64,000 bases of DNA from Candidatus Flemingiibacterium sp. (GTDB taxonomy: Bacteria > Bacillota > Clostridia > Oscillospirales > CAG-272): NCBI GenBank assembly GCA_045636145.1, contig JAZTWV010000030.1, forward strand, positions 623 to 64,622, read 5' to 3'. Shown piece by piece: positions 1 through 10,110 of this stretch (position 1 is its first letter; the number at the start of each line of letters is the position of its first letter). The notes beneath the pieces are model-generated. The model was not told where the DNA came from. It did no database searches and worked only from the letters and a program-made list of their open reading frames with translations. Made by a program: the position numbers and the translations under genes.

Positions 1-666
1 AACCACTTTATCCTGTCGACCGCCAATTACAAACACAGGACACTGAATTCTATGCAAGTCCTCATAGGTATTGCAAGTAAGACAGGCTTTTGCCAGTATA
101 ACAAACCGTTGTACATTTTTAGGCTTTTGCAGAATCGTTAATAGCGGCATAAATGGTCGATACCTTTTTACGTAGGTATCGGAATACATTTTTTCCGCCA
201 TATCCGCAATAAGTTGCTTCATAGCTCCCCGCTCAGTTATGTCAATCCAGTTTTTTATTACATGCTTTACAGTATCATTATTTTTTGAAAGAGTCACAGC
301 AAGAACCAATTTATTTACTAAGTCTGGTCTTTCGATCGCAAGGTACTGTGCAATCATTCCTCCTTGAGATACACCGAATATATCGGCCTTGGCAATTTCC
401 AGCGTATCCATTGCCGCAGCAACATCTGCCGCCAAATCTCTGACTGACACATCTTTTGTAATATCTGTCCTTCGGTCAAACAGATATACTTTATAATCCT
501 TTGCAAAAATCCGATACATATAAGCAAGTGAAACCGCAGCCCCTTTTATGCTGCGAGTATTAAGCCCTTGTATCATAATCAGGGGTTTCTTACCGTTACC
601 AAAGGTAATATAGTCTATATGCGAATCGCGTATGGTCAACATATTCTCTTGCGCATTATATATCAT
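1..666 (-). CDS. alpha/beta-fold hydrolase; C-terminal part lies beyond window start
   Basis: Own minus-strand translation from ATG 666-664 (MIYNAQENMLTIRDSHIDYITFGNGKKPLIMIQGLN...). GAGAGGTGA RBS just upstream, nucleophile elbow GVSQGG, frame open to base 1. Missing from ORF track because there is no stop in the window. Confidence 0.8.
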   Translation of the reverse strand, partial: MIYNAQENMLTIRDSHIDYITFGNGKKPLIMIQGLNTRSIKGAAVSLAYMYRIFAKDYKVYLFDRRTDITKDVSVRDLAADVAAAMDTLEIAKADIFGVSQGGMIAQYLAIERPDLVNKLVLAVTLSKNNDTVKHVIKNWIDITERGAMKQLIADMAEKMYSDTYVKRYRPFMPLLTILQKPKNVQRFVILAKACLTCNTYEDLHRIQCPVFVIGGRQDKVV

Positions 667-884
667 GATTTTCACCTCTCTTACAGGTCTTATTTATTTT
701 GCATATAGACGAAAAAGTCCACGAAAAGTTCCTGAATACACTTACATTATAGCATACTCGTCCCCATTTGTCTACTTCAGGAACGAAAATTTACGACATT
801 TGTATTTCCCGGTAAATTCTACTGTCGCATTTACTTTGAGAATTTACTAAGTCCTAAAAAACACAATAAAAACGCTGAGGTTTA

Positions 885-913
885 TTGACATATCATAAAA
901 AATATGGTAAAAT
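885..913 (+). promoter_or_regulatory. sigma-A type promoter of degV-like gene
   Basis: TTGACA 885-890, 17-nt spacer, TGgTAAAAT extended -10 at 905-913. Confidence 0.6.
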
Positions 914-1058
914 ATACTCAGCACAATATGTGCTGAGCGAAACCGCTCGAATTTTCAGAATATTTCGTTTAAAAACAGGTATGCAACCTGTTTTAAAAAT
1001 CACGCGGCACACTGTGTGCTGTGCGATTGAAGATACTTGTATTTTGTAGGAGGGACTT

Positions 1059-1931
1059 ATGAGAAAGATAAAAATTGTTGCGGACTCATCCTGTGATCTG
1101 TTTCATTTAAATCATACGGAGTTTGCCTGTGCGCCTATGAAGATCATTACCGCCGAGCAGGAATTTGTTGACGATACCGCTCTCGATGTGGGTGCCATGG
1201 TTGATTTCCTTGACAAATATAAGGGTAAATCCAAATCCTCCTGTCCCAATACCGCCGATTGGTTGGAGGCGTTTGCCGGTGCGGACGATATCTTTTGTGT
1301 CACCATTACAAGTGCTCTTTCCGGAAGCTACAATTCCGCCTGTGCCGCAAAAAAACTCTACGAAGCGGAAAATCCGGAAAAGCGCGTATTCGTCATAGAT
1401 ACCCTTTCCGCCGGTCCCGAAATTACGCTTGTAGTTGAGAAGTTAGCGGAATGTATTGAGCAAGGTATGTCCTACGAGGATACCTGTGACTGTATTACCG
1501 AATACCAAAAAAACACGGGACTTGTGTTTATGCTTAAATCTCTCAAAACCTTTGCAAACAACGGCAGAATATCCCCCATTGTCGCAAAGCTTGTTGGAAT
1601 CGGTGGAATTTGTATTGTTGGAAAGGCAAGCAGTGAAGGGACACTTGAACCCATGCACAAGTGCAGAGGTGAGCGCCGATCACTTGAAAGCCTCGTGGGC
1701 GATCTTGAGGCGGAGGGATTTACTTCCGGCAAGATCAGCATCGGTCACTGTCAGAACGAAGCGGCGGCTGAGCAGCTAAAAGAGCTGATTCTTACAAAAT
1801 TTAACAATGTGCAGATTGAAATACACAAATTCAGAGGACTTTGCAGCTTTTACGCGGAAAAAGGCGGCGTTCTCGTAGGATTTGAAAAGCACACTGGAAT
1901 GTCGCCCACAGAATACAAAGAAAATATTTAA
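1059..1931 (+). CDS. DegV family fatty-acid-binding protein
   Basis: 290 aa, N-terminal IKIVADSSCDL and DegV-like layout; AGGAGGG RBS 8 nt upstream. Confidence 0.85.
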   Translation: MRKIKIVADSSCDLFHLNHTEFACAPMKIITAEQEFVDDTALDVGAMVDFLDKYKGKSKSSCPNTADWLEAFAGADDIFCVTITSALSGSYNSACAAKKLYEAENPEKRVFVIDTLSAGPEITLVVEKLAECIEQGMSYEDTCDCITEYQKNTGLVFMLKSLKTFANNGRISPIVAKLVGIGGICIVGKASSEGTLEPMHKCRGERRSLESLVGDLEAEGFTSGKISIGHCQNEAAAEQLKELILTKFNNVQIEIHKFRGLCSFYAEKGGVLVGFEKHTGMSPTEYKENI

Positions 1932-1949
1932 ATTCATAAGGAAAAAATC

Positions 1950-2168
1950 ATGGAAAATATAGTAAAAGGCGGGACATACAGACATTATAAGGGCAACAAT
2001 TACATCGTGCTTGACGTTGCACGTCATTCGGAAACCTTGGAGCCGATGGTAGTATATAAAGCTCTTTACGGTGACGGTGATATATGGGTGCGTCCCATGT
2101 ATATGTGGAATGAGACGGTGGTGCATAACGGAGAGTCTGTTCCGCGCTTCAAGTACGTTGGAAAATAA
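1950..2168 (+). CDS. DUF1653 family small protein
   Basis: 72 aa; YRHYKGNNY...VVYKALYG...WVRPMYMW pattern typical of DUF1653. Confidence 0.7.
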   Translation: MENIVKGGTYRHYKGNNYIVLDVARHSETLEPMVVYKALYGDGDIWVRPMYMWNETVVHNGESVPRFKYVGK

Positions 2169-2220
2169 ATATAACCTCATCAAAACGGCGGAGTGCTCAT
2201 TTTAAAGGGCGCTCCGTCAT

Positions 2221-2898
2221 TTATATACGGCATTTCTTGCCGAACGATATATGTAAGTCTCCCATGCTGCCGGCTTGCGCGCATTCATCATAATTTTTAA
2301 GCTCAGTCAGGATATTTTCCGGATAATGGGCTTGGAATCTTGTATATTTTCCCGCTTTACCCACAGTCAGAAGTTTTCCCACATGGATATACCCAAGAAA
2401 AGTCGGCGGAAGATGTGTGACTATATCATCAACGTTCCGTACTACTGTAAAGCGGTCAAAACGGTGCAGAAAATCTGCGGTAGGTCTGCCCCATATGACA
2501 CGCGGACAGCCGAAACCAACTCCCATCAGAGTTTTACGGAGTTCCGGACGGTTAAACCACACATATTCATGGCAAAGCAGTGCAATTGCCGCACCGTGTG
2601 AATAACCGACGGTTATTATTTTATTTATGCGGCTGTCCATTATATAGGCTGAAATTGCCTTTTCCACATCGCGCCACGCCGCAAGAAATCCGCGGTGAGC
2701 ATACCAGGTCGCCTGTTCCATTCTGCGGTAGGGTTTTGCAGGGAAATTGAGATTTTTTATCCAATCCGCCTTCCCGTTTGAATGCTCGAAAAAAATATAC
2801 AGCGAATCGCATTTTCGCCGCAGGGCATAGCTTGATTTTCGACCTGTGTTTGTATATTCGGTATTAAGACATTCGTACATAAGCTCATACAGCTTCAT
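2221..2898 (-). CDS. class 3 lipase-like serine hydrolase
   Basis: 225 aa; GYSHGAA (GxSxG) nucleophile motif in Lipase_3-like context; GGAGGA RBS. Confidence 0.7.
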   Translation of the reverse strand: MKLYELMYECLNTEYTNTGRKSSYALRRKCDSLYIFFEHSNGKADWIKNLNFPAKPYRRMEQATWYAHRGFLAAWRDVEKAISAYIMDSRINKIITVGYSHGAAIALLCHEYVWFNRPELRKTLMGVGFGCPRVIWGRPTADFLHRFDRFTVVRNVDDIVTHLPPTFLGYIHVGKLLTVGKAGKYTRFQAHYPENILTELKNYDECAQAGSMGDLHISFGKKCRI

Positions 2899-3063
2899 AT
2901 TTTCCTCCGGTTTTGATGTGATTATTGCGTGCTCTTTACATTTACAAAATTATATGTTATAATATATGTATGAATGCCTTTGTAAGTATTTTGCTTCGCG
3001 GTAAAATATACGCAGGGAATTAAGAATGCAGTACGGTCATAGATAAAAGGATGAATATGAGCT

Positions 3064-4926
3064 ATGATAGAAAATATAAAGTCACCATCAGATATCCGCA
3101 GGCTTTCGGCATCTGAAACCAAGCACCTTGCCGATGATATGCGAAAAACAATAATAAGCACCGTCAGCACAAGCGGCGGACATCTTGCCTCAAACCTTGG
3201 AATGGTGGAGGCAACGATTGCGCTTCACCGGGTGTTTGATTCCCCAAATGACAAAATAATCTTCGACGTTGGACACCAATGCTATGCCCATAAGCTGCTG
3301 ACAGGCAGATATGACCGCTTTTCCACACTCCGCCAGCTTGGCGGAATATCGGGATTCACAAATCCTACGGAAAGTGAGCACGATATTCTGTTTGAGGGGC
3401 ATTCCGGCACATCAATATCTGCTGCGCTGGGTATTGCGGCGGCTAATAAGCTTCATAAAAACGGAAACTATGCCGTGGCAGTTGTGGGAGACGGTTCTCT
3501 TACCAACGGTATGATATACGAGGCTCTCAACAACTGCGCGGATAAAGAGCTTGACCTTATCATACTTATAAACGACAATGAAATGTCCATATCGCAAAAT
3601 GTTGGAGGTTTACATAACTATCTTGCGCGTATACGTACAAGCAACGGATATTTTTCCTTCAAACGAAATTTTGAGCACTGTCTTTCGGCAATACCCGGCA
3701 TAGGTATGGGACTTGCCAAGGGACTGAAGCTTATAAAGGACGGCATAAAGCGTCTTTTTATAAAGGATACCGTATTTGAAGATTTAGGTCTTATTTATCT
3801 CGGCCCTGTGGACGGGCATAACACTGAGCGGCTTTGCAGTGTGCTTGAGGAGGCAAAACAGAAGCATCGGTGCTGTGTTGTTCATATGCTTACGGAAAAG
3901 GGAAGGGGATATGCACCTGCTACCGAAAAGCCGGACAAGTATCATTCTGTTGGAAGCTTCGATGCAGAATGCGGTTTGTCGGAGGATTGTTCAGGCGAAA
4001 GCTTTTCTTCGCATATAGGAGATATACTCTGTGATATTGCAAAGGAGGACGGACGAATCTGCGCTATAACGGCGGCAATGTGCGACGGAACAGGACTTTC
4101 GCGGTTTGCCAAAGAGTTCCCGGAACGCTTCTTTGATGTTGGTATTGCCGAGGAGCACGCCATAACATTTGCCGGCGGTCTTGCTGCCGCCGGAATGATT
4201 CCGGTGACGGCACTGTATTCCACATTTGCTCAGCGAGTATACGATCAGATTTTACATGACATAGCAATACAGGGACTTCCCATGGTGCTTCTGCTTGACC
4301 GGTGCGGAATCGTACCAGGGGATGGAATCACTCATCAGGGAATATTTGATTATTCACTGTTCTCATCTGTGCCCGGTATAAATATATATGCACCGGCAAA
4401 TTACGCGGAGCTTGAAGATTCCATAAGAACTGCCGTCAGCCTCGGTCAGCTTGCGGTGATCAGATATCCCAAGGGACGTGAGTCGGCGGATTCGGAAGAT
4501 TTGCGGTTTGTTGAATCTGAGGACGGCAGCTTCTGCTATACGGAGGGCACCGAGCGTGCCGAGCTTGTTTTTGTCACTTACGGTAGGACTGCTTCGGCTG
4601 TAAAAGATGCGGCACGGAAATTGAGTGCGACCCACAGTGTGGGAATCATACGTCTGCGGCGCATATTTCCCCTTGATGCAGAGGCACTTGTCAAAGTTAC
4701 TGAAGGCAGCAGACTTGTGGTTTCGGTTGAAGAGACTGTCGAGTGCGGCGGTGTGGGCGAAAAGCTGGCGGCGGCATTTGCAAAAAGCGGTGTTTGCAGG
4801 CGTGTTGCACTAAAGGCGTTAAACGGATTCGTTTTGCACGGGGATGTTGACGAGCTTATGCACATTTCGGGGCTTGACGGCGAATCTATTGCTGAGTTTG
4901 CCAAGTCGGAACTTGATAGGTGCTAA
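3064..4926 (+). CDS. dxs: 1-deoxy-D-xylulose-5-phosphate synthase
   Basis: 620 aa; GGHLASNLGMVE, DVGHQCYAHKLLTGR and the GDGSLTNGM thiamine-diphosphate motif. Confidence 0.95.
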   Translation: MIENIKSPSDIRRLSASETKHLADDMRKTIISTVSTSGGHLASNLGMVEATIALHRVFDSPNDKIIFDVGHQCYAHKLLTGRYDRFSTLRQLGGISGFTNPTESEHDILFEGHSGTSISAALGIAAANKLHKNGNYAVAVVGDGSLTNGMIYEALNNCADKELDLIILINDNEMSISQNVGGLHNYLARIRTSNGYFSFKRNFEHCLSAIPGIGMGLAKGLKLIKDGIKRLFIKDTVFEDLGLIYLGPVDGHNTERLCSVLEEAKQKHRCCVVHMLTEKGRGYAPATEKPDKYHSVGSFDAECGLSEDCSGESFSSHIGDILCDIAKEDGRICAITAAMCDGTGLSRFAKEFPERFFDVGIAEEHAITFAGGLAAAGMIPVTALYSTFAQRVYDQILHDIAIQGLPMVLLLDRCGIVPGDGITHQGIFDYSLFSSVPGINIYAPANYAELEDSIRTAVSLGQLAVIRYPKGRESADSEDLRFVESEDGSFCYTEGTERAELVFVTYGRTASAVKDAARKLSATHSVGIIRLRRIFPLDAEALVKVTEGSRLVVSVEETVECGGVGEKLAAAFAKSGVCRRVALKALNGFVLHGDVDELMHISGLDGESIAEFAKSELDRC

Positions 4927-5036
4927 ATGCATCAAAATGTGACATTTATCTTTAGCTTGAATATCTCTTTTGTTGGATATTACAAAAAAAATGGTGAAAT
5001 GTGCACATCCAAAAACCCAATAAACATTGACACTAA

Positions 5037-5065
5037 GGTGCAAATATGGTATAATCAACCTATAA
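5037..5065 (+). promoter_or_regulatory. consensus sigma-A promoter upstream of amidohydrolase gene
   Basis: TTGACA 5037-5042, 17-nt spacer, TGgTATAAT ending 5065. Confidence 0.6.
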
Positions 5066-5133
5066 CAAATGCAGTACCCTACTTGTGGTTTTGATTTGCC
5101 AATTCCGCTGCGGGGGACGAAAGGAGAGCTTGA

Positions 5134-6276
5134 ATGACAGCGATAATCAATGCGGTGTTGGTCATGCGTGACCACTATATTCCGGACGCGGTACTGCTCA
5201 TTGAGAACGGCAAAATCGTGGATTTTGGCGAATCGCGGCTTCTTAGTGTTCCGGACGGATGCGAGATCATTGATGCCAAGGGTCTGCACGTAGGTCCGGG
5301 CTTTGTTGATATACATACTCATGCCGGTGATAATATTTTCTTTATTGAAAATCCTGTGGGGGCGTCGAATGCACATCTTTCCCACGGTACAACCACTCTT
5401 CTTCCGGCACTGTACTTCAGTATGGATACAGCGGGATACCTTAAGGCTATTTCCACTATAAAGGATGCAATGAAGAAGCCGGAATGTGCGAACATTGCAG
5501 GATTCTACATGGAAGGTCCGTATCTTAATCCGACGTTTGGATGTGAGAGGGAAAATAACCCTTGGAAAGGTCCTGTTGATAAGTCAAAGCATATGCCTAT
5601 AATCGAGGCGGCAGGAGAGCTTGCACGTGTGTGGGCGCTTGCTCCGGAGAGAGAAAATATAACCGATTTTGTTATGGACGCAAAGTCCGTTAATCCTTCT
5701 GCTGTATTCACGGTAGCACACAGTGAAGCCGCACCGCAGGATATAGATGCACTTATTCCATATGGACTCAGAATAGGTACACATCATACCAACGCAACGG
5801 GTGATCGCCCGAAATATCCCGAATGCCGCGGCGTGTGTGTTGACGAGGCGGTAAATTATAACCGTGAAATATATGCGGAGCTTATCTGCGACAGCCGCGG
5901 AATCCATGTTGATCCATATATGCTCCGTCTTGTGAGACGCATAAAGGGCGACGACCGCATAATACTTATTTCCGATGCTTATGCCTGCGACGGACCTATT
6001 CCTCCGGGGTACGAGGGGGTCAACGACATCAATTTCGACTTTTCCGGCGAAATTGCAGGCTCTAAGCTTACCCTTGATATTGCCTGCCGCAATATGATGA
6101 AGCACACCGGTGCTTCCATGGTGGACGTGTTCAAGTTTGCATCCTACAATCCTTCGATGGCGGTCGGCTTCTTTGACAGAGGCGAGATTGCCAAGGGTAA
6201 GCGTGCCGATCTTGTATTTGTAGACCACGAAATGGGCGTTCATTCGGTTTATATGGCCGGAAAAAGAGTTAAGTAA
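5134..6276 (+). CDS. NagA-like amidohydrolase (N-acetylglucosamine-6-phosphate deacetylase family)
   Basis: 380 aa; GFVDIHTHAG metal-binding motif, amidohydrolase-fold pattern, adjacent to NagB-like gene. Confidence 0.7.
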   Translation: MTAIINAVLVMRDHYIPDAVLLIENGKIVDFGESRLLSVPDGCEIIDAKGLHVGPGFVDIHTHAGDNIFFIENPVGASNAHLSHGTTTLLPALYFSMDTAGYLKAISTIKDAMKKPECANIAGFYMEGPYLNPTFGCERENNPWKGPVDKSKHMPIIEAAGELARVWALAPERENITDFVMDAKSVNPSAVFTVAHSEAAPQDIDALIPYGLRIGTHHTNATGDRPKYPECRGVCVDEAVNYNREIYAELICDSRGIHVDPYMLRLVRRIKGDDRIILISDAYACDGPIPPGYEGVNDINFDFSGEIAGSKLTLDIACRNMMKHTGASMVDVFKFASYNPSMAVGFFDRGEIAKGKRADLVFVDHEMGVHSVYMAGKRVK

Positions 6277-6337
6277 TATCGTTTCTTTAGAAATGAGAAA
6301 ATTTGATAAATAAAAACGAATAAAGGAGTATAGAAAA

Positions 6338-7312
6338 ATGAGCAAGTTTGTTACCGATCCCGCAACAAAATTTGACTTCCAGCCCCATGAATTTGTACCT
6401 TTTAAGGACAAAAAGGTTTGCGAGTATGTACGCAGCCTCAGCGGCAAGGATCTCGAAAAGAGAGAGCCTTGGTGGCATCCGGAATTTGAAGTAAAGGTTA
6501 TGATGAACCCCCACCCCGTTCTCATTTCCACTCTCTTTACCCGTCTTAAGGCGGCTTCCGAGGCAGGCAAGAGCTTCACTATGATCCTCGGCAATCCTGA
6601 GCCTGATACATATATTCCTCTTGCACAGCTCATCAACTACTTCAAGGTTGACTGCTCCAAGGTTCACCTTGTAGCTGAGGACGAGTGGGCAGATCAGGAC
6701 GGCAACATTGCCCCCATTACCTATGAGGCAGGCTTTGCACATTCCATGATCAAGTACCTCTATATGCAGATCGACGAGAAGCTTCGTATGCCTATGGAGA
6801 ATGTTGATTTCCCCACCAATGCAAACATCAAGGATTATTCCAAGATAATCGACGATATAACCGACGGAACAGGTGCGGATATTGCTTCCACCTCTCCCGG
6901 ATGGGCAGGTCATATGGCATTCGTTGATCCTATTCCCGAATTTATCGGCTCCGGTGATATCGAAGAGTGGCTCAATCAGCCTGCACAGATCGTTAAGCTT
7001 CACCCCATGACCATTATGCAGAACTCCCTTAACGGTACATTCGGTCAGTCCGGTGATATCGCAAACGTTCCTCCGTGCGCTGCTACCATCGGTCCTCTCG
7101 CCGTTATGAGAGCAAAGGAAAGAATTGAGGTTCATGCGCTTGCTACCTGCGGCACATTCTCCTCTTGGCAGAGAATGACCAGCCGTCTCTGCACACACGG
7201 TCCTATCACTCCTTATCTCCCCAGCACCATGCTTCAGACGAAAAAGACTCAGGTCTACATTTCCGAAGAGCTTGCCGCTCCCTTTGAATGTTGGGAAAAG
7301 GTTGGCTACTAA
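6338..7312 (+). CDS. glucosamine-6-phosphate deaminase/isomerase (NagB)-like protein, long form
   Basis: 324 aa; LVAEDEW (cf. FNLDEY) and GWAGHMAFVDP (cf. GxDGHIAFNEP) motifs. Confidence 0.55.
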   Translation: MSKFVTDPATKFDFQPHEFVPFKDKKVCEYVRSLSGKDLEKREPWWHPEFEVKVMMNPHPVLISTLFTRLKAASEAGKSFTMILGNPEPDTYIPLAQLINYFKVDCSKVHLVAEDEWADQDGNIAPITYEAGFAHSMIKYLYMQIDEKLRMPMENVDFPTNANIKDYSKIIDDITDGTGADIASTSPGWAGHMAFVDPIPEFIGSGDIEEWLNQPAQIVKLHPMTIMQNSLNGTFGQSGDIANVPPCAATIGPLAVMRAKERIEVHALATCGTFSSWQRMTSRLCTHGPITPYLPSTMLQTKKTQVYISEELAAPFECWEKVGY

Positions 7313-7341
7313 TTGAATCTTTTACCCTGTAGGTAAAATAT

Positions 7342-7383
7342 AGCCGACGGACAAATTTATACTTGTTCGTCGGCTTTGTTATT
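7342..7383 (+). terminator. rho-independent terminator
   Basis: AGCCGACG...CGTCGGCT stem (7342-7375) followed by a T-rich run. Confidence 0.65.
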
Positions 7384-7419
7384 ATTCCAAGTAAAGGAGG
7401 AATCGAAGCTGTGAATCTG

Positions 7420-8814
7420 ATGGGAATTGACATGGGCACCACATCGGTGAAAACTGCTGTATTTGATGATAAGCTTTGCGAGAAGCTGAAGCTTTGCGCC
7501 GACTACACCCTTGACTCCCACGGCGATATAGTGGAGTTTGAGGCGGAAAAGTATTGGGATATCGTTAAAGGCGAGATAGAAAAGGTAAAAAAAGAGCTTT
7601 CTGTGGATGCACTTGCTGTTGATACACAGTGTGAAACGCTGATACTTACCGATGAGAACGGCGTGCCGGTGCGTCCTGCAATTGTGTGGCTTGATAACCG
7701 TGCCGCGGCAGAAGCCAAGGAGATCGAAGCTCGTTTCGGCAGAAAAAGAGTGTATGAAGTGACCGGACAGCCTGAGGTTACAGCCACATGGCCTGCCTGC
7801 AAGCTGCTTTGGGTAAAACGCCATGAACCCTCTGTATGGAAAAAAACAAAGCGTGTTTTTCTGCTTGAGGACTACATTCTCTACAAGCTGACAGGAAAGT
7901 TTATTACAGAAAAAACTCTACAGTCATCCTCACTGTATTTCGACATCCGAAGCGGCAGATGGTGGGATGAAATGCTTGACTATATCGGCGTTTCGTTGGA
8001 GCTTCTTCCGGAGCTTCTTGACAGCGGTGTGTGCGTTGGCGAATACGAGGGAATAAAGGTCGTTACGGGAGCAATGGATCAGGTGTCCGGCGCAATTGGA
8101 GCAGGTGTTGTTAAAGCCGGTGTTGTCAGCGAGATGACCGGCACCACCATGGTAATATTTATGCCCTCGGACGGCATACCCGAATACGATGAGGATAGTA
8201 TCGTCCCCTGTCACTATAACTATGACGGCAAATACTGCCTGCTTTCCTGGAGTCCCACAGCCGGAATGTCACTTAAATGGCTTAGAAACGCGCTTTTTTC
8301 CGAGACTTCCTTTGCCGAGCTTGACGAAATGGCAAAAACGGTTGCTCCCGGAAGCGCCGGACTTACATTTCTGCCTTATCTGTGCGGCTCTACCATGCCG
8401 AAGTACAATCCCGACGCCAGAGGAAGCTTTACAGGGCTTACCACCGAGCATACGGGAGCGCATTTTGTGCGCAGTGTAATGGAAGCTGTGGCATGCATGC
8501 TCCGCTCTAACCTTGAATATCTGGGGCTTTCCGTCGACGAGATTCGTGCCATGGGCGGAGGGGCGAACAGTCCTCTGTGGTGTCAGATGAAAGCGGATAT
8601 GACCGGTAAACGCCTTGTTACGCTGAAAAATAAAGAAACAGCCTGCCTTGGTGCCGCAATACTTGCCGGTATCGGAATCGGAGCTTTTGAATCCGTGGAA
8701 AAAGCGGCACAGATGATAGAAGTCAGCCGCACATATGAAAGCAAGGGCGTTGACTATGATGAATGCTACAAGCGTTACCTTGAATATGACAGGATTTTAA
8801 ATATTCCGAGATGA
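7420..8814 (+). CDS. FGGY-family carbohydrate kinase (xylulokinase-like)
   Basis: MGIDMGTTSVKTAVFD N-terminus. AAGGAGG at 7393-7399; GTG 7411 is an alternative start. The ORF-track start 7363 lies inside the upstream terminator. Confidence 0.85.
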   Translation: MGIDMGTTSVKTAVFDDKLCEKLKLCADYTLDSHGDIVEFEAEKYWDIVKGEIEKVKKELSVDALAVDTQCETLILTDENGVPVRPAIVWLDNRAAAEAKEIEARFGRKRVYEVTGQPEVTATWPACKLLWVKRHEPSVWKKTKRVFLLEDYILYKLTGKFITEKTLQSSSLYFDIRSGRWWDEMLDYIGVSLELLPELLDSGVCVGEYEGIKVVTGAMDQVSGAIGAGVVKAGVVSEMTGTTMVIFMPSDGIPEYDEDSIVPCHYNYDGKYCLLSWSPTAGMSLKWLRNALFSETSFAELDEMAKTVAPGSAGLTFLPYLCGSTMPKYNPDARGSFTGLTTEHTGAHFVRSVMEAVACMLRSNLEYLGLSVDEIRAMGGGANSPLWCQMKADMTGKRLVTLKNKETACLGAAILAGIGIGAFESVEKAAQMIEVSRTYESKGVDYDECYKRYLEYDRILNIPR

Positions 8815-8888
8815 AGCTGTCCTGCAAATAGGAGCTGTTTTTATAAATAAGCTTTCTGCGGAGCTGCTTGGACTTGCACACCGCAGTC

Positions 8889-8917
8889 TTGACATATTCT
8901 GGCGGGTGGTGTATAAT
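8889..8917 (+). promoter_or_regulatory. consensus sigma-A promoter
   Basis: TTGACA 8889-8894, 17-nt spacer, TATAAT 8912-8917. Confidence 0.55.
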
Positions 8918-8963
8918 GATTTTATAAAATCTTGATTTGATATCGGATGGGAGTGCAGATAAC

Positions 8964-9728
8964 TTGAATATTGACCGCGTAATAGAAATTGTAAAAGAAA
9001 CGGACAGCATATTTTTTGATGATGCGCTCCGCGGCGACGTTAAAGAAAAGGGCGAAGCAGATTACGTTACCCGTGCGGATATCGGAATATCCGAGTATCT
9101 TTCAAAAAGACTTTCCGAGGAATATCCTGCTATCGGATTTATTTCCGAGGAGGAGGACACCGATATTGACGAGAGCAGAGATTATTGGATACTTGATCCC
9201 ATTGACGGTACTACCAATTTTATGCACGGACTCAGCTTCTGCGGTGTATCCCTCGGACTCTATTCCGGCGGACAGTTAACTGCGGGAATCATCTACATTC
9301 CGTATACAGGCGAGCTTTTTTACGCCGAGAGAGGGAAGGGCGCGTATCTTAACGGTGAGCGCATATATTGCAGTAAAAACACTGCGCTTCGCGAATGCGT
9401 AGGATTTTATGAGTTCAACGCCTATTTTAAAAATGAGTGCGATGCCGCTATGGAGTATGCAAGAAAGATATATACCCGATGTCAGGACCTGCGCTGCCTC
9501 GGCTCTACTGCGGTTGAGCTTGCATATGTAGCTTGCGGCAGAGCGGATGTGTTCTTCGGAAGATACTTAAAGCCGTGGGACTACGCGGCGGCGGCAGTGC
9601 TTATTGCCGAAGCCGGCGGACGGCTTGACAGAGTGGACGGAGAATTTTGCATATCACAGCTCAACGTTAATATTGCGGCAGGGAATTCGCTTGTCTTTGA
9701 TGAATTCGCCGCGCTTATGAAAGGATAA
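8964..9728 (+). CDS. inositol monophosphatase family protein (SuhB-like)
   Basis: FISEEED, WILDPIDGTTNF and WDYAAA motifs. Start uncertain: TTG 8964 follows a GGGAG RBS, while the track start 8937 has no RBS. Confidence 0.85.
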   Translation: MNIDRVIEIVKETDSIFFDDALRGDVKEKGEADYVTRADIGISEYLSKRLSEEYPAIGFISEEEDTDIDESRDYWILDPIDGTTNFMHGLSFCGVSLGLYSGGQLTAGIIYIPYTGELFYAERGKGAYLNGERIYCSKNTALRECVGFYEFNAYFKNECDAAMEYARKIYTRCQDLRCLGSTAVELAYVACGRADVFFGRYLKPWDYAAAAVLIAEAGGRLDRVDGEFCISQLNVNIAAGNSLVFDEFAALMKG

Positions 9729-10081
9729 TTAGGATCAAATTCGTAAAGGGAAGAATATAAGAGCCACAGATGAGGGTATTGCCATCGAAAATCCCGTATG
9801 GAATAAAAAATACTATAATTGAGCTGATGGATTATTCCGGCCTTATAAATATATCGGATCGTCATTTTGTATGGCGGTCCGATTACTTTTTTAGATAGAA
9901 ATATGCAAGTTTGGAATAATAAAGCTTCATTTTTCGTGAATTTGGAAGTGAAAAAACGGGTTATGTTCCTTAATTACCCGAAAGTCTGCTAATAATTCGG
10001 GATATAGGGTCATATTACTCACAAAATGCACAATAATACACCAATGCATTATGGCGATATCAACAAAATATCAAAAAACTG

Positions 10082-10110
10082 TTGCAAAAAGCGAATGAAT
10101 ATGATATAAT
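10082..10110 (+). promoter_or_regulatory. promoter of the Opp-type ABC operon
   Basis: TTGCAA 10082-10087, 17-nt spacer, TGaTATAAT ending 10110; leaves a ~165-nt leader. Confidence 0.55.

Noticed and set aside
632-850. 72-aa ORF between the hydrolase gene and the degV promoter
   Set aside because: It begins inside the minus-strand hydrolase gene, has no RBS, is hydrophobic/AT-driven, and has no motif.
5584-7198. Long minus-strand ORFs (350 aa and 303 aa) overlapping the nagA-like and nagB-like genes; similarly 17122-18240 (372 aa) over the OppF-like gene and 25684-26562 over pheS
   Set aside because: They have no recognisable motifs or RBS, and they overlap sense genes with clear family signatures.
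9729-10080. Possible gene or RNA in the 350-bp gap after the IMPase gene
   Set aside because: It contains only a 42-codon ORF without an RBS, a plausible suhB-like terminator (about 9853-9890), and AT-rich sequence. No recognisable RNA motif was found.
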